This document shows, piece after piece, positions 36,315 through 45,464 of a stretch of 64,000 bases of DNA. A program made the position numbers and the translations under genes. Every line of letters begins with the position of its first letter. Position 1 is the stretch's first letter. The stretch covers positions 224,001-288,000 of the forward strand of contig OZ242195.1 of the NCBI GenBank assembly GCA_965205975.1, given 5' to 3'. The DNA comes from Candidatus Latescibacterota bacterium (GTDB lineage: Bacteria > Latescibacterota > UBA2968). Under the pieces are notes generated by a model, which worked only from the letters and a program-made list of their open reading frames with translations, was not told the origin of the DNA and did not search any database.

Positions 36315-36867
36315 CTCAACGGAGCGCATCCGGCAATTTCTCCGTGATCGAGTTGGTGAGGTTGTCACGAGTCAGGAAATACAAGAGGCTGCTGGAAATG
36401 TAACAGAGTGGGCCAGACGCGTACGTGAACTACGTAGTGAAGAAGGCTGGAAAATCAGTAGTCACAATGATCGTATTGACCTCAGGCCGGGGGAGTACAT
36501 ACTTGAGGAAGAGCCGCCCAATAAGTCGGACTATTCTTTCGCAAAACCGATCTCTAATCGTCTGCGGGCGCAAGTATTAGAACGCAACGGTTACACCTGC
36601 CAAATGTGTGGAATAGGTGCAGGTGAAATGGACGACGAGTTAGGACGCAAGGCACGTCTGCATGTTGGGCACATTGAAGATCGGAGCCACGGCGGCCCAG
36701 ATGAACTATCGAATCTGCGTGCCTTGTGCAGTAGGTGTAATGAGGGAGCCAAGAATGTTGCTCAAGAACCACCGAGCCATACCTGGTTGATGTCCCAAAT
36801 ACGCCGTGCGACCCGTGATGACCAGCGAAAGGCCCTGGAATGGCTTGAACAGAAATTCCGTCGCTGA
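36295..36867 (+). CDS. HNH endonuclease, KpnI-like restriction endonuclease architecture
   Basis: GEVVTSQEI..EWARRVRELRSEEGW.I.S..D..L.PGEYIL; QVLERNGYTCQMC..LHVGH..NLRALCSRCN; overlaps the MTase end by 20 nt. Confidence 0.82.
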   Translation: MKSRRISSTERIRQFLRDRVGEVVTSQEIQEAAGNVTEWARRVRELRSEEGWKISSHNDRIDLRPGEYILEEEPPNKSDYSFAKPISNRLRAQVLERNGYTCQMCGIGAGEMDDELGRKARLHVGHIEDRSHGGPDELSNLRALCSRCNEGAKNVAQEPPSHTWLMSQIRRATRDDQRKALEWLEQKFRR

Positions 36868-37033
36868 TTGTCTGTTTTATCTCTAATGGCAACGGCAAAT
36901 CGAGTTGCCGTTCTGGTTATGGGTATGTTCGATTCAAATTCTGTATAAAAGCATCCCAATTAGACGAAGCCCTCATTAGAGCAGTGACCGCGACGCCCTT
37001 TTTACTTTTTACAGAAAATTAAGGACTCTATCG

Positions 37034-37070
37034 AAAAACCCTCGATTGTTGCTGCTATCGAGGGTTTTTT
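37034..37070. terminator. Bidirectional intrinsic terminator
   Basis: Stem aaaaaccctcgat/atcgagggttttt. Confidence 0.7.
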
Positions 37071-37088
37071 AATGCCTAAAGATATAAA

Positions 37089-37343
37089 TTATTGTCGAGA
37101 GTCTCGATAGTGTATTTCATACAGATTATCGACAAGTCCGAATTTGCAGACCAAATCGCAATGGCAACGGTCTGTGAGAGATACATTACGAATGATTATG
37201 GTATTATCTACACTATCTCTGTTCCAGCTAAGACCGGTGACAGAGTCTAAATAATGATCTACTTCACTTATTGACATTTCCTTGTTTTTTCTCTGGTCAT
37301 CAGCAATAGCATCGTGAATTTCATTTCTCGTTATCAGTGTCAT
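37089..37343 (-). CDS. Small hypothetical protein (AT-rich)
   Basis: 84-aa ORF with an AGGAG RBS and a downstream terminator. Confidence 0.55.
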   Translation of the reverse strand: MTLITRNEIHDAIADDQRKNKEMSISEVDHYLDSVTGLSWNRDSVDNTIIIRNVSLTDRCHCDLVCKFGLVDNLYEIHYRDSRQ

Positions 37344-37494
37344 TTTTAGTCTCCTATCAGAAGGGCAGGTAATGAAGCCCTATTTCAACTAGTGAGAAGC
37401 CTCTATGGACTGGACTTGAAGCCTGAAAACCAGTACACTTTTAAGATTTGCTTCTATTAATAAAAATATCAAAATGCTAATCAACAGTCAATAG

Positions 37495-37536
37495 AAAAAA
37501 ACCGCGCAAGGTGTTAGTTTTCCACCTTGCGCGGTT
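37495..37536 (-). terminator. Intrinsic terminator of PhyH gene
   Basis: Stem aaccgcgcaagg(tg)/(ca)ccttgcgcggtt with an A-run on the plus strand (U-run on minus). Confidence 0.7.
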
Positions 37537-37575
37537 GGCCCTTGTTTCCTGGCCTTATTGTATATAATCTCCGCA

Positions 37576-38427
37576 CTAAGGCATCACCGCTTCTTTGCCC
37601 TGATATTCTCGGATCCAGCCTTTCAATGGCACGTCCTCTTCTGTTGGGGATGTGTAGCCGTGAATGCCCGAAGGGGAATGCCGGCACATTTGCTTTCGGA
37701 TTGGACTCAGTTCATCCCAGAAATTTTCCACATTGCATTCGCCGCGGGCTTGAAGCCAGCGATAAGCGTAGCCGTAGAAGAGCACCTTGCGGGGTTGTGT
37801 CCAGTAATTTGCACTCGCCGAATGCCACAACCGACGGTCAAAAATAACGGCTGATCCCCGGGGAGCGAGGATGGGTACGGCGCCTTTTACCATCTGATTG
37901 CGATTTCCGTTCGGCCAAGCCATCTTATTTTTTAACTGGCTTCCCGGTATGACGTGAAAATTGCCGCGTCCGGGTTCGCTTGTGTCCGATAGAAAGTAGG
38001 CCACTTTGACTGATAAGCGCGGCCTCGGGTTTGTCTCCATTTCCTGATTCACGCGCCCGGTATCTTGATGCCAGCCGATTCCCAAACCGCGTTTGCTATC
38101 TGGTGGTTCGGGAGGTGTCACGTTCAGGTGTGCCAGGTAGATTTGAATATTCCATCCCAATATTCCCCAAACTTTTGGGAATGTGGTGTAGTGATCTATC
38201 AGGTCAATAAACACTTGATCCCGTCCCAGAAAGTCGCGTTCGTGAACCCGTTTATGTGGTTCGATTTTTTGCTTTTCGCGTTCTTCGGCGTTGATGCGGT
38301 CAACTGCTTTGGTCAATTGTCTTCTCTTTGCGTCGCTCAGCGCGTTTTCGATGATGAGATAACCCCGCTCTTCAAATTCGAGCCGTTCGTCTTCTGTCAG
38401 ACAATGGTTTAGCCAGCGTCTGTTCAT
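37576..38427 (-). CDS. Phytanoyl-CoA dioxygenase (PhyH) family protein
   Basis: FEERGYLIIENAL, GWHQD, VIPGSQ, FDRRLWHSA..N..R. Confidence 0.88.
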   Translation of the reverse strand: MNRRWLNHCLTEDERLEFEERGYLIIENALSDAKRRQLTKAVDRINAEEREKQKIEPHKRVHERDFLGRDQVFIDLIDHYTTFPKVWGILGWNIQIYLAHLNVTPPEPPDSKRGLGIGWHQDTGRVNQEMETNPRPRLSVKVAYFLSDTSEPGRGNFHVIPGSQLKNKMAWPNGNRNQMVKGAVPILAPRGSAVIFDRRLWHSASANYWTQPRKVLFYGYAYRWLQARGECNVENFWDELSPIRKQMCRHSPSGIHGYTSPTEEDVPLKGWIREYQGKEAVMP

Positions 38428-38441
38428 AGCGTATCTCCTTT

Positions 38442-38909
38442 TCACGAAAAGAGGTTGGCTTTCCTTTTTTTTCGATCCAGAATATAAAATTTGATAAGCC
38501 CTATCCCGCCGATCAGACCACAGGGTATCACAATGAAGCGGTACATTGAGACTTCTTCATATCGAAGCGATGCACCGGTCGCGCCCATTGTCGCAACGAC
38601 AAATGACAGGTGAATGAGTTTTTGAGATAGGTTTTTATTCGTAAAGGTAGAGAGCAAAATCAATATAAGTGCGGTGTGGAAAATGACAAATCCCGCATAC
38701 CCATTTCGCACGGCGAGATCGAGTTGCCAATCATAGCGATAAATCCACACCATGAGCACATGTGCCAGAATGATCAGTGCGACAACGCGCCATAGCGCGG
38801 TCGGATGTTGTCCTCGCAGGGTGAGTACGACCACAGTGGTTAAGCCCACATATCCTGTGATAGCGAGCAAAAAAGTGATGAAAATTTCCGTTGTTCCCGT
38901 TCCTACCAT
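38442..38909 (-). CDS. Hypothetical membrane protein
   Basis: Several hydrophobic helices; start uncertain (38909 or 38939). Confidence 0.6.
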   Translation of the reverse strand: MVGTGTTEIFITFLLAITGYVGLTTVVVLTLRGQHPTALWRVVALIILAHVLMVWIYRYDWQLDLAVRNGYAGFVIFHTALILILLSTFTNKNLSQKLIHLSFVVATMGATGASLRYEEVSMYRFIVIPCGLIGGIGLIKFYILDRKKRKANLFS

Positions 38910-39012
38910 AGAAACTATTCTCCCTCTTTTGATATGCAATATATGACATGATATTCTGAGAACAAGACCGTTTCACGGGGCAGTGCATGTGTGCATTTGA
39001 AGGGCATCATGC

Positions 39013-39050
39013 AAAACGGGTTACGACGTATTGTCATAACCCGTTGTTTT
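39013..39050 (-). terminator. Hairpin downstream of tRNA (probable terminator)
   Basis: Stem aacgggtta(c)gac/gtc(a)taacccgtt with A/T flanks. Confidence 0.55.
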
Positions 39051-39053
39051 TTG

Positions 39054-39129
39054 TGGAGCCGCCCAGCGGACTCGAACCGCTGACCGCCTGATTACAAATC
39101 AGGTGCTCTACCAGCTGAGCTAGGGCGGC
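39054..39129 (-). tRNA. tRNA-Thr (anticodon TGT)
   Basis: Reverse complement GCCGCCCTAGCTCAGCTGGTAGAGCACCTGATTTGTAATCAGGCGGTCAGCGGTTCGAGTCCGCTGGGCGGCTCCA: cloverleaf, anticodon stem CCTGA/TCAGG, TGT anticodon, GTTCGA T-loop and CCA end. Confidence 0.97.
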
Positions 39130-39178
39130 GTGTCCGTCAAAGATATACAAGTGGGTGATTTTTGGCAACTCTTACCTT

Positions 39179-40261
39179 TTAAAAAAACGATGTTTTGTGT
39201 TTTTGCTCGCGTTCGTAGCGTTCAATGCCCAGTTGGATGAGGCGATCAATTAATTCAGTATAAGAAATGCCACTGGCTTCCCACAGTTTGGGATACATGC
39301 TGATCCGCGTAAAGCCGGGTATGGTATTGATTTCATTTACAACAAAGGTACCATCGTTTTTTAAAAAGAAATCCGCGCGTGCCATGCCCTCACAGCACAG
39401 GACTTGAAATGTGCGAATGGCAAGAGCCTGCACCCGTTTTACAGCTTCTTCGGATAAATTAGTGGGAATGTGCAATACGGCGCCTTTTTCATCCAGATAT
39501 TTCGCTTCGTAAGAGTAAAACTCGTGCTGTGGCAAGATTTCGCCGGGGATTGAGACAATGGGCGTTTCGTTGCCCAATACCGAACATTCGATTTCTCGAC
39601 CTTCGACAAAAGCCTCGATCAGTACCTTCTTGTCGTAGCGAAATGCCTCTTTCAACGCGGGGATTAGTGCGCTTTTGTCGTGTACTTTACTCACGCCGAC
39701 CGATGAGCCCAAATTTGCGGGCTTTACAAATAGGGGCAATCGCAGTTCTGAAATCACATCATTTACATCCAGATTGTCCAACTGAAACTGATGTACTGTT
39801 CGCCACGCGGCAACGGGAATATTGGCATCGCGCAACAAGCGTTTCATCACGTCTTTGTCCATTCCCACAGCCGAGCCGAGTACATCGGCACCTACATAGG
39901 GGACATCGGCCAATCTCAAAAATCCCTGTACTGTACCGTCTTCTCCCAGCGGCCCGTGCAAGACGGGAAAAACCACATCGACCGAGTCAGATGCAGACTG
40001 CCCTACGAGTTCACCGCGCCCTTCTGGCATCAACGTAATCAGCGCATTTTGATCTGCGTCAGAAAGCCCCTCTGTATTCGCTTCGGGCAATAGTTGTTCG
40101 GCTTCGTTTAAGAACCATTGACCCGATTTGTCGATTCCTATTGGCACGACTTCGTATTTGGTCTTGTCAATCGCGTCAATGATGTTGCGCGCAGATTGCA
40201 GTGATACTTCGTGCTCTGCCGATTTTCCACCAAATAATATCCCCACGCGGATCTTTTTCAT
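39179..40261 (-). CDS. ddl: D-alanine--D-alanine ligase
   Basis: FGGKSAEHEVS, FPVLHGPLGEDG, KPANLGSSVG, FYSYEAKY, NEINTIPGFT.ISMYP. Confidence 0.96.
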   Translation of the reverse strand: MKKIRVGILFGGKSAEHEVSLQSARNIIDAIDKTKYEVVPIGIDKSGQWFLNEAEQLLPEANTEGLSDADQNALITLMPEGRGELVGQSASDSVDVVFPVLHGPLGEDGTVQGFLRLADVPYVGADVLGSAVGMDKDVMKRLLRDANIPVAAWRTVHQFQLDNLDVNDVISELRLPLFVKPANLGSSVGVSKVHDKSALIPALKEAFRYDKKVLIEAFVEGREIECSVLGNETPIVSIPGEILPQHEFYSYEAKYLDEKGAVLHIPTNLSEEAVKRVQALAIRTFQVLCCEGMARADFFLKNDGTFVVNEINTIPGFTRISMYPKLWEASGISYTELIDRLIQLGIERYEREQKHKTSFF

Positions 40262-40971
40262 TTTTCTCTCTGATTTTTTTTTCGCCACCACCAGAACCCG
40301 AGTATGCCCACTACCATTAAAATTATCAGTATGCGATTATAAGTTTTTAGTACAGTGACTACGATTTGCCAGTTTTCGCCGACCGTAAAGCCAAAGTAGA
40401 TCAGCAGACTATTCCACAATAATGTGCCAAATAATACGTAAAGCGTCATACGCAGGGGGTGCATCTGGCTGATGCCGGCCACAATGCCGACAAATATCCG
40501 CACGGCGGGCAAAAATCGGTTGAAAATGACGATTTTGTCGCCATAGCGGTTGAACCATGTTTCGGTGCGGTGCAGATTTTCTTCATTCAAGAACTTTATA
40601 TTCAACCGCAAGAAGAACGAGCGCCCTTTTACAAATGCGATGGCATAAAGGAGCAAGCAGCCCACTGCGCTGCCTATCCACATTGCAAAATACGCAGGCC
40701 AAACGGCGATTATTCCAATGCCGGCCAAATACGCGCCGAATACAATCAGGGTATCGCCAGGAATGATAGGTACTATGTTCTCTAAAAAAGCACCCAGAAA
40801 TAAAAAAAAGTAAATCCACCCTGGCGGTTGGTCTCTCAAATAGGCGAGGAAAGAATTCCAGAGTTCAGTAAAGTAGGGGAGGAAAGAATCCCAGAGTTCA
40901 GTAAAGTAAGCGAGAAAAGAATCCAGGAATTCAGTAAAGTACTCCAATTGTGTATCCTTTAGATGTGACAC
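40258..40971 (-). CDS. DedA family membrane protein with N-terminal 11-aa tandem repeats
   Basis: LENIVPIIPGD, WFNRYG, RFLPAVR...AG; translationally coupled to ddl (ATGA). Confidence 0.9.
   Translation of the reverse strand: MSHLKDTQLEYFTEFLDSFLAYFTELWDSFLPYFTELWNSFLAYLRDQPPGWIYFFLFLGAFLENIVPIIPGDTLIVFGAYLAGIGIIAVWPAYFAMWIGSAVGCLLLYAIAFVKGRSFFLRLNIKFLNEENLHRTETWFNRYGDKIVIFNRFLPAVRIFVGIVAGISQMHPLRMTLYVLFGTLLWNSLLIYFGFTVGENWQIVVTVLKTYNRILIILMVVGILGFWWWRKKNQREK
40841..40939. repeat. Three 33-bp tandem repeats in dedA 5' end
   Basis: taggcgaggaaagaattccagagttcagtaaag / taggggaggaaagaatcccagagttcagtaaag / taagcgagaaaagaatccaggaattcagtaaag. Confidence 0.9.
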
Positions 40972-41009
40972 AGGAGGCGATTACATTTTTGAATAAACTG
41001 CACAATAAG

Positions 41010-42176
41010 TCAATAACTTTTTATTAACGCTACCGCCTGTGCTGCTATGCCTTCTTCGCGTCCGACAAAACCCATGTATTCGGTTGTGGTTGCTTTTACC
41101 GATATGAGATCAACCGATACTTCCAATGCGCGTGCCATGTTTTCGCGCATTTGTTCAATATACGGCGATAGCTTTGGGCGTTGCGCCATCACGGTTGCAT
41201 CCACGTTGAGCACCTGTGCGTGCGATTCTTTCAGAATGTGGGCCACGCGCGCCAGCAATGTGAGACTTGATATATCTTTGTACGCGGCGTCTGTATCGGG
41301 AAAGAGCTGACCAATGTCGCCAGCACCCAGCGCGCCCAATAGGGCATCAATGACGACGTGGGTTAATACATCTGCATCTGAGTGGCCCAGCAATCCTTTT
41401 TCGTTGGGAATATGTACGCCGCCTAAGATCAGCGCACGGTCCTTCACCAGTTGATGCGCGTCATAGCCCTGACCAATTCGCAATGTCGGTGTCACGTCAC
41501 CTCGTTGTTCTAAAATGTGTAAACCCATGTCGAGGTCTTCTGGCGATGTAATTTTGATGTTGTCTGCTCGCCCGGGCACAATGGTTACAGCTTCGCCCAA
41601 ACGCTCTACCAGAGCCGTATCATCTGTGCCCAGATATCCCGATTCGCGTGCTGCCTGATGGGCGCGGAAGATCACATCGCGGCGAAATGCCTGGGGCGTT
41701 TGCACGGCTCGCAATGTCGCTCTGTCCAGGGTTTTTACGACTTGATCGCCCTGCACGCGCTTTATCGTATCTGTTACTGGGGTGCCCAAAACAGCGGCAC
41801 CGCGTTCAGTTGCTGCCAGAACTACGGCATTGATCTCTTCGGGGGTTATATAAGCCCGCGCGCCGTCATGGATAGCAACTACGTCGGCATCTTGTGGAAT
41901 CATCTGTAGCCCACACGCCACGGAGTCCTGTCGTTCTGCACCGCCGGCAACCACATTGACGACTTTGGAAAATTTTTTCTTTCCGAATTGTTCTCGACAA
42001 GTATCGATGTCTTCACGCCCCACGACCAGCACAATGCGGTCAATGCGGTCTGCGCGTTCAAATGCGGTCAATGTCCAGGCCAATACGGGACGCCCGGCAA
42101 GGTCGAGAAATTGCTTTGGGATATGTGTCCCCATTCGCTTTCCCGATCCGGCAGCGAGAATGATGGCGTAGTTCAT
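41010..42176 (-). CDS. ispDF: Bifunctional IspD/IspF (MEP cytidylyltransferase / MEcPP synthase)
   Basis: AAGSGKRM, GGAERQDSV, IHDGAR, QTPQAF, NIKIT; then RIGQGYDAH, GHSDADV, GDIGQLFPD, SVKATT. Confidence 0.96.
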   Translation of the reverse strand: MNYAIILAAGSGKRMGTHIPKQFLDLAGRPVLAWTLTAFERADRIDRIVLVVGREDIDTCREQFGKKKFSKVVNVVAGGAERQDSVACGLQMIPQDADVVAIHDGARAYITPEEINAVVLAATERGAAVLGTPVTDTIKRVQGDQVVKTLDRATLRAVQTPQAFRRDVIFRAHQAARESGYLGTDDTALVERLGEAVTIVPGRADNIKITSPEDLDMGLHILEQRGDVTPTLRIGQGYDAHQLVKDRALILGGVHIPNEKGLLGHSDADVLTHVVIDALLGALGAGDIGQLFPDTDAAYKDISSLTLLARVAHILKESHAQVLNVDATVMAQRPKLSPYIEQMRENMARALEVSVDLISVKATTTEYMGFVGREEGIAAQAVALIKSY

Positions 42177-42185
42177 GGTTTGCGC

Positions 42186-43367
42186 TCATATGTTATACTG
42201 ATCCTGTTCCCGTCTGGCCCAGTCGGCGTTGACAAACATGTTCAGACCGGGATCGGCGTATATGCCGTCTATTTTGTCGCCGTCGTGCCGTCGCAAGAAA
42301 TCGATGTCGATCTCTACGCCCCAGCCCGGGCCTCCGGGCAATTCAAAATGACCATCTACGACTTCGGGGTACGGCGTTCCCGCGCGTTTGACGTGCTCAT
42401 CTGCAAAGTCATTAAAATGTTCGAGTACTTTGCCATTGCGGAGGGTTGCCATCAGGTGAAGGGTCGCAACGGTGGTGATAATTCCGCCAACATTGTGTGG
42501 CGCGACCATCACGTTGTAGGTTTCAGCCGTTGAGGCAATTTTCTTAGTTTCCAACAGGCCGCCACACTGGTTCAGGTCCGGCTGGATGATATCCACGGCC
42601 CGCATGGGGAACAGGTCTCTAAATTCCGCGGCTTTGTAAAGCCTTTCTCCGGTCGCAATTGGGATGGATGTATGTTGCGCTACTTTGGTCAATGCGCCCA
42701 GATCTTCCGGACGCGTCGGTTCTTCAATCCATCCCGGGCGCAGGTGTTCAATTGCTTTGGCTATTTCGATGGCTTGATGGGACGCGAACCGACCGTGCAT
42801 TTCTACAAATATCTGTACGCGATCACCCACGACGGAATGCACGGCTTCGATCAATTCAACGGATTTAAAAAATTCGTCGCGCGTCAGTTCCAGGTTGCCA
42901 TTGCCAAACGGATCAAATTTAAGGCCGATATATCCGCGGTCGATCACTTTTTGAGCTGCTCTGGCATATTCTTCTGGCGACCGCTCCACTGTGTACCAGC
43001 CATTTGCATACGCGGGTACGCGTTCAATTGTTTTGCCGCCGATCAGATTGTACACGGGCTGATTGGTCAATTTGCCAATGCAATCCCAACACGCCATCTC
43101 TACGAGTGCCAGTCCCGTCATCACAACTTCGCCTGGTACACCGAAATCGTGGAGTGTAAATCGGCAATAGAGGTCCTCTATGTCGTACACACTGTGTCCG
43201 ATGAAATGACGCCTGGTGTCTTTCAGAAATTCCAGCACAGTATGTGTTTTGCCCAAGACGCGCGCTTCGCCAACCCCGCGCGTGCCGTCTTCCAATTCGA
43301 TAAATACATAAGTCAAATTGCGCCAGGGCGTTCCCAGCACATAAGTTTCGTAATTTTTGATTTTCAA
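42186..43367 (-). CDS. Mandelate racemase / galactonate dehydratase-like enolase
   Basis: GVGEA, EMACWD..GK, PAYANGW, KFDPFG, EMHGRF, WIEEP, IATGE, QPD, APHN. TTG start at 43367 with an AAGGAG RBS. Confidence 0.88.
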   Translation of the reverse strand: MKIKNYETYVLGTPWRNLTYVFIELEDGTRGVGEARVLGKTHTVLEFLKDTRRHFIGHSVYDIEDLYCRFTLHDFGVPGEVVMTGLALVEMACWDCIGKLTNQPVYNLIGGKTIERVPAYANGWYTVERSPEEYARAAQKVIDRGYIGLKFDPFGNGNLELTRDEFFKSVELIEAVHSVVGDRVQIFVEMHGRFASHQAIEIAKAIEHLRPGWIEEPTRPEDLGALTKVAQHTSIPIATGERLYKAAEFRDLFPMRAVDIIQPDLNQCGGLLETKKIASTAETYNVMVAPHNVGGIITTVATLHLMATLRNGKVLEHFNDFADEHVKRAGTPYPEVVDGHFELPGGPGWGVEIDIDFLRRHDGDKIDGIYADPGLNMFVNADWARREQDQYNI

Positions 43368-43384
43368 GGGGTGCTCCTTTTTCG

Positions 43385-44422
43385 CTATAATATCATCATT
43401 GCATCGCCATAACTGTAAAACCGATAGGCTTTGCGTACGGCTTCTCGGTATGCTCGCATCGCAAAATTGCGCCCCATGAATGCGGCGACAAGCATGAGTA
43501 AAGTGGATTCTGGCAGATGGAAATTGGTGATTAGACCATCTACCAATCGAAAATCGTAGGGCGGATAGATAAAGGTGTGCGTCCAGTCCGATCCGGATTT
43601 TAGTTGCCAATTCGATCCGATTTTTACTGCTGCGGACTCAAGTGTTCTCACCGATGTCGTTCCCACTGCAATGACACGCCCGCCATTTGCCCGGCATCGG
43701 TTGACGGTTCCTGCTGCGCGTTCATCGATTTTCCAAAATTCCGCACCCATTTTGTGATCGCGTATATCGTCTGCTTTTACGGGTTGAAATGTCCCCGGTC
43801 CGACATGTAACAGGATTCGCGCTAAACTTATGCCCAATGCTTCAATTTTTGCCAATAGATCGGGGGTAAAATGAAGCCCCGCGGTGGGAGCAGCGACCGA
43901 TCCGCGCACACGCGCATAGACCGTCTGGTATCGCTCTTTGTCAGAGGCGCGATCTTCCCGTCGAATATAGGGCGGCAATGGCACATGACCATGCGTTTTT
44001 AGCAGTTCATCCAGTGATCCTTTGCCCTCAAACCGCACGCGGCGATTGCCCGAGTCCAGTACATCCTCGATAATGGCAATCAGGTCTGATCCTTCAAAAG
44101 CAATTTGAGCCCCGATTTTCAATCGCCGCCCGGGCCGTGCCATTACTTCCCAGCTATCGCCATTGGGATGCAGCAGCAGAAGTTCTACTGCGCCTCTGGT
44201 GATTGGCCGATATCCTTTTAATCGCGCGGGAAATACCCGGGTTTCGTTCAATACCAGACAATCGCCTGCGCGCAAGAAGTTGGGCAATTCCCGAAATATT
44301 CGATGTTCAATCTCGCGGGGCGTGCGATTTGCCACCATCAAACGGGACTCATCGCGTTCAGCCGTTGGGTATTGTGCGATCAGGTCATGGGGTAATTCGT
44401 AATAAAAATCAGAACGCTTCAC
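43385..44422 (-). CDS. queA: S-adenosylmethionine:tRNA ribosyltransferase-isomerase
   Basis: LIAQYP, PLPPYI, YQTVYA, GSVAAPTAGLHF, HVGPGTF, VGTTSVR, TNFHLPESTL, YRFYSYGDAM. Confidence 0.97.
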   Translation of the reverse strand: MKRSDFYYELPHDLIAQYPTAERDESRLMVANRTPREIEHRIFRELPNFLRAGDCLVLNETRVFPARLKGYRPITRGAVELLLLHPNGDSWEVMARPGRRLKIGAQIAFEGSDLIAIIEDVLDSGNRRVRFEGKGSLDELLKTHGHVPLPPYIRREDRASDKERYQTVYARVRGSVAAPTAGLHFTPDLLAKIEALGISLARILLHVGPGTFQPVKADDIRDHKMGAEFWKIDERAAGTVNRCRANGGRVIAVGTTSVRTLESAAVKIGSNWQLKSGSDWTHTFIYPPYDFRLVDGLITNFHLPESTLLMLVAAFMGRNFAMRAYREAVRKAYRFYSYGDAMMIL

Positions 44423-44462
44423 TGGACGAGTTTTTTAAAAAAGTGAGAATGTGGCAATCGTA

Positions 44463-45242
44463 TCATTCAAAGAGCGATGGGAAGTGGCGATGTGGTTCTG
44501 CTGGCTCTCTGAAGAGAATTTGCTGGCGCGGTGTTAGTTCTACATTGGTTGGCGGTTGTACGCGATTGGGTCTCCAGGCGGTGTGCGCTACGCAGTATTT
44601 ATAGAGGAGAGAGCGTCGTTCGTGCTTGCCGTACCAGGCCGATGTTCCGTGCGTTAGAGCTTCGGTAAATAAAATGGCAGAGCCAGCGGGTGCTTGTGGA
44701 ATGATTATAAGGGGCGATTTTTCAGGGGCATCGAATATTTTTTGAGGCAATCGGTAGTTGCTTTTGTGACTGCCGGGAATGCAGCAAAATCCCCCGTGGT
44801 CTGGCCCTGCGTCTGTGAGGCTCCACGCTACAACCATGAATCCGTCGGTGATCTCGTGTTTTGGAAAATTAAAGTATTTGCCCGGCACTGATCCCGAAAT
44901 AGGTGACATGGCGCCGTAGTCGGCGTGCAGACGCCCTCTTTCCATGCCCGCTTCCATGTACATGCCATAGAGGCGATCAAGGCGAAAGCAGTCGCCCAAT
45001 CGGAAGCGCAATATGGGCATAATTTGAGGGTGATCAAGGAGGTCGCAAAAGGATTTTCCCCATTGCAGAAAGCCCGGCCCGTCTGGCGCGCTGCCAAATC
45101 GCTGCGTTTTGCCCGGTGGGGGCAGTTTTTGTTGGTCAAATAGTTCATTGAGTGTTGCCACTTCGTCTGCGTTTAAGACATTTTCAACGACGAGATAGCC
45201 CTGCAAGTCGAACAGGTACTGTTGTATTTCAAGGTCTTCCAT
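44463..45242 (-). CDS. Phytanoyl-CoA dioxygenase (PhyH) family protein
   Basis: YLFDLQGYLVV, LHAD, GGFCCIPGSHK, FTEALTHGT, RRSLLYKY. Confidence 0.88.
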   Translation of the reverse strand: MEDLEIQQYLFDLQGYLVVENVLNADEVATLNELFDQQKLPPPGKTQRFGSAPDGPGFLQWGKSFCDLLDHPQIMPILRFRLGDCFRLDRLYGMYMEAGMERGRLHADYGAMSPISGSVPGKYFNFPKHEITDGFMVVAWSLTDAGPDHGGFCCIPGSHKSNYRLPQKIFDAPEKSPLIIIPQAPAGSAILFTEALTHGTSAWYGKHERRSLLYKYCVAHTAWRPNRVQPPTNVELTPRQQILFREPAEPHRHFPSLFE

Positions 45243-45356
45243 AATGTCCTCCTGTTGTTTTTAGATGATGAGGTATAGTGTCCTGGGGTATGATATTGAT
45301 TGGACTATATTAGATTTCGACTTTGGACGCAAGGATAAAGACCAGCAAATGGTCAG

Positions 45357-45385
45357 TTGCAAAATCAGGTAGGTGGTATTATATT
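45357..45385 (+). promoter_or_regulatory. Possible sigma-70 promoter
   Basis: TTGCAA-17 nt-TATATT upstream of the 45465 gene. Confidence 0.45.
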
Positions 45386-45464
45386 TTGCCGTGTCTTATT
45401 ATTTTACGCAAAGAAACGGTGTGTCTCACGCCGTTTCTTTTTTTCCAAATAACAGGAGCGTGCT

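Noticed and set aside
39054..39129. Prophage or integrative element at tRNA-Thr
   Set aside because: No integrase or phage genes, and no duplicated tRNA 3' end was found in the window.
43368..43610. N-terminal extension of the enolase-family ORF
   Set aside because: It overlaps queA on the same strand; TTG 43367 has an AAGGAG RBS and gives a typical family start.
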